Below are positions 61,548 through 64,000 of a stretch of 64,000 nucleotides of DNA, piece by piece; positions within the stretch are counted from its first letter, which is position 1; the number at the start of each line of letters is the position of its first letter. The stretch covers positions 448,001 through 512,000 of the forward strand of contig OZ253470.1 in the NCBI GenBank assembly GCA_965261735.1, written 5' to 3'. The translations under genes and the position numbers were made by a program. This DNA is from Alphaproteobacteria bacterium. GTDB taxonomy: Bacteria > Pseudomonadota > Alphaproteobacteria > SHVV01. The notes beneath the pieces are model-generated. The model was not told the DNA's origin. It was given only the letters and a program-made list of their open reading frames with translations, and searched no databases.

Positions 61548-63032
61548 CTAGTCCCCGTCGGTGAATCGTCGGATCGTCTCGATCAGCTCGTCGATCCGTA
61601 TGGGCTTGGCAATATAGGCCTCGCAGCCGCCGCTGAGGATTCTGTCCTCGTCGCCCTTCATGGCGAACGCCGTCACCGCCACGACCGGAATGTCCTTGAG
61701 CTCGGGATCCTCCTTGCTTGCCTATCCGGTTAACGCCCATGACCGCTACATGTAGGGTGCCGCCACTCTCCCGAGTAAAGCTCGGCATAGGTTGGAGCAG
61801 AGGTGTCGCCCGCGATGCCGAGCAATGAGCGGAAGGCGTTGAACGGGTAGAACCGCCTGTTGAAGCGGAAGGTGAACTCGTTGAGGTAGGCTTGTAGGTG
61901 CTGGTGGCTAACGCCGTGGTGGATACCGATCAGCCACGTCTTCAGGTTGGCGAAAACCAGATGGATGATCGGCAGGTATTGCTCGGCAACCTCTGGATCA
62001 CCACACTCGGCAACAGCGAAGTGCTCATAGCCGCGCTTACCGAGGCCAGCATAGCCGCTCCAATCGTCAGTAACGATCAGCGATCGCGGCGCGACGGTGC
62101 TCTCGACGAACCCACAGAGCGACTCGGCGCTACGGTCGAGCACGACGGCGAGCCGAACGCGTCCGGCATAGCGTCCGTCTTTCCGGTTGTCGAGCTTGGT
62201 GCCCGGCTTTCGATGACGCACCTCGATGGCACAGGAGACGGGAACCTTGTGGTGAACACCACGGCCTTCCCCACGCGTTCGCCCGCCAACCCAGGTTTCG
62301 TCCACCTCAACATGGTTCTTGGGCTGTCCACCGATCCTGTCTTGGTTGGGCCGCACCATGCCCGAGCGGAGCTTGTGGAGAATTTGAAAGGCCGTCTCGT
62401 AGCGCGAAAGACCAAGTTACCGCTGAAACTGCACGGCGGACATGCCGGGCGTCTGACTGGCGACCAGATAAGCGGCCCAGAACCAGACGTTCAGCAGAGT
62501 GTGGCTACGCTCCATCACTGTTCCCACCGTCAGCCCGGTGTTCTGGCGGCACTTGCGGCAGCGCAGGACGCCAGGGCGGTTTTCAAAGTGGAACGGCTCT
62601 CCCGCCGTGCCGCAGTGCGGGCAGGCAAAGCCGTCTCCCCAGCGGGCTTTCTCCAGGTAGGCGGCGCAGGCCGCATCATCGGGGAAAAGTCGCTGGAACT
62701 CGGGTAGCGAATGCGGGAATGGGAGATCGGCGCGGTCGAGAACATCCATGGCGCGCTCCCCTATATCCGGGTTGCGCCCATTCTAGCCCTAGTGGGTGTG
62801 GGTGTAAACCGGATAGGCAAGCCTCCTTGATCATCTTGGTTATCTCGAGGCCCGAGATGCCGGGTAGCTGAATATCCATGAGGATCAGGTCGGTCGGGTT
62901 GTCGCGGGCGAGGGCGATCGCCTCGAGGCCACCGCGCGTCTGCACCGTCTGATAGCCGTGGGCCTCCAGGACATCCTGGAAGAGCTTCATGTTGAGCTCG
63001 TTGTCTTCGACGATGAGGACTGTTTTGGACAT
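61548..63032 (-). pseudogene. divK: Single-domain response regulator DivK, split by IS1595
   Basis: [27 protein letters not shown]|[32 protein letters not shown]; upstream of pleD. Confidence 0.95.
61717..62821 (-). mobile_element. IS1595-family copy 3 (transposase has a nonsense codon at 62417-62419)
   Basis: Both IRs; 8-bp TSD CCTCCTTG at 61709-61716 and 62822-62829; CAA to TAA relative to copy 1. Confidence 0.96.
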
Positions 63033-63139
63033 ATATGACGCCGTTCCTACACCATACGGGCGGCCACGCCACCTGAGGTGGCGGAAGTCGTTTTCCGACC
63101 GGGCGCGGTGGCCGGCCGGGTGAATCGTAGGTGGGTGAG

Positions 63140-63155
63140 GTTAACATGTGATTGA
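63140..63155 (-). promoter_or_regulatory. Putative CtrA box upstream of divK
   Basis: TCAA-N7-TTAAC on the - strand, one mismatch to TTAA-N7-TTAAC, about 108 bp upstream of divK. Confidence 0.6.
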
Positions 63156-63239
63156 GTGTGGCGAGCAACGCAAGGGAAGCGGCCGAGCGATGCCGCCGGA
63201 CGTCGATAGTGTGGCGACCTCCTGGCCTCGGGGTTGAGG

Positions 63240-64000
63240 ATGCGCATCGGGGTGGATCTCGGCGGTACCAAGATCGAGGCCATCGCCATTGATGGGAGCG
63301 GGCGCGAACGGGGGCGTCGGCGCGTGGCCACGCCCGTCGGCGACTACGCGGGCACGATTCGCGCCGTCGCGGCCGTGGTGCAAGCGATCGAGAGTGAGTG
63401 CGGTGCCCAGGGCACGATCGGCGTTGCCATTCCGGGAACGATGTCGCCGGCCTCGGGCCTCGTCAAGAACGCCAACTCGACTTGGCTCATCGGCAAGGCG
63501 CTCGATACCGATCTTGCCGCCGCGCTCGCCCGCCCAGTGCGCATCGCCAACGACGCCAACTGCTTTGCCCTCTCCGAGGCCGTTGACGGTGCGGGCGCGG
63601 GCACCCGCGTGGTGTTCGGCGTCATCGTCGGCACCGGCACCGGCGGCGGCATCGTTGTCGATGGCCAGGTGCTTGTGGGCGCTAACGCCATCGCCGGCGA
63701 GTGGGGACACAATCCGCTGCCCTGGCCACGCCACGAGGAATGGCCGGGGCCGCAGTGCTATTGCGGCAAGACCGGGTGCATCGAGACCTTCCTATCGGGA
63801 GCGGGGCTCGTGCGCGCCTACCGCGAAGCCGGCGGGAAGGAGGGCGAGGCCGAGGCGATCGCGGCGCGGGCCGCGGCCGGGGAGGCCCCGGCGGTAGCCG
63901 CGCTGGCGTGCTACGAGGACCGGATGGCCCGCGCCCTCGCCAGCGTTCTCAACCTACTCGATCCCGATGTCGTCGTGCTGGGCGGAGGCTTGTCGAACAT
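63240..64000 (+). CDS. ROK-family sugar kinase (Mak/fructokinase-like), runs off the window
   Basis: MRIGVDLGGTKIE, NDANCFAL, GTGTGGG, GEWGH, CYCGKTGCIE. Confidence 0.92.
   Translation, partial: MRIGVDLGGTKIEAIAIDGSGRERGRRRVATPVGDYAGTIRAVAAVVQAIESECGAQGTIGVAIPGTMSPASGLVKNANSTWLIGKALDTDLAAALARPVRIANDANCFALSEAVDGAGAGTRVVFGVIVGTGTGGGIVVDGQVLVGANAIAGEWGHNPLPWPRHEEWPGPQCYCGKTGCIETFLSGAGLVRAYREAGGKEGEAEAIAARAAAGEAPAVAALACYEDRMARALASVLNLLDPDVVVLGGGLSN

Overview
GC-rich alphaproteobacterial chromosome segment, inferred from the gatCAB, ruvX-pyrB-pyrC-plsY-dprA-topA-rnr-rpmG and divK-pleD gene order. About 1-37 kb is a decaying accessory region ending at tRNA-Ser(GCT). It holds a broken hydantoin/N-carbamoyl catabolic operon, a TPR pseudogene, and two oppositely oriented halves of a serine-recombinase element (ParB-methylase/DUF5681/terminase stub and DUF3489/DUF2924/recombinase). 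It also holds orphan solute-binding proteins, an intact divergent yjfI-pspA-yjfC / K-channel-yjfK-L-M locus extended by nspC and DUF3326, and an ino1-IMPase-IPCT/DIPPS operon. About 37-64 kb is mostly core genome. Nine IS elements (IS1182, 2x IS5, IS21, IS1380, 3x IS1595, IS256) and a 64-bp IS1595-derived mini-element cover roughly 12 kb (about 19%). The cell-cycle genes divK and pleD are each split by an IS with a clean 8-bp target duplication. Best candidates for new biology: the PspA/polyamine locus with a putative autoregulatory operator, the double divK/pleD knockout, the di-myo-inositol-phosphate-type operon, and a PlsY with a hydrophobic insertion of about 48 aa. All family calls come from motif recognition by eye; no database search was run.
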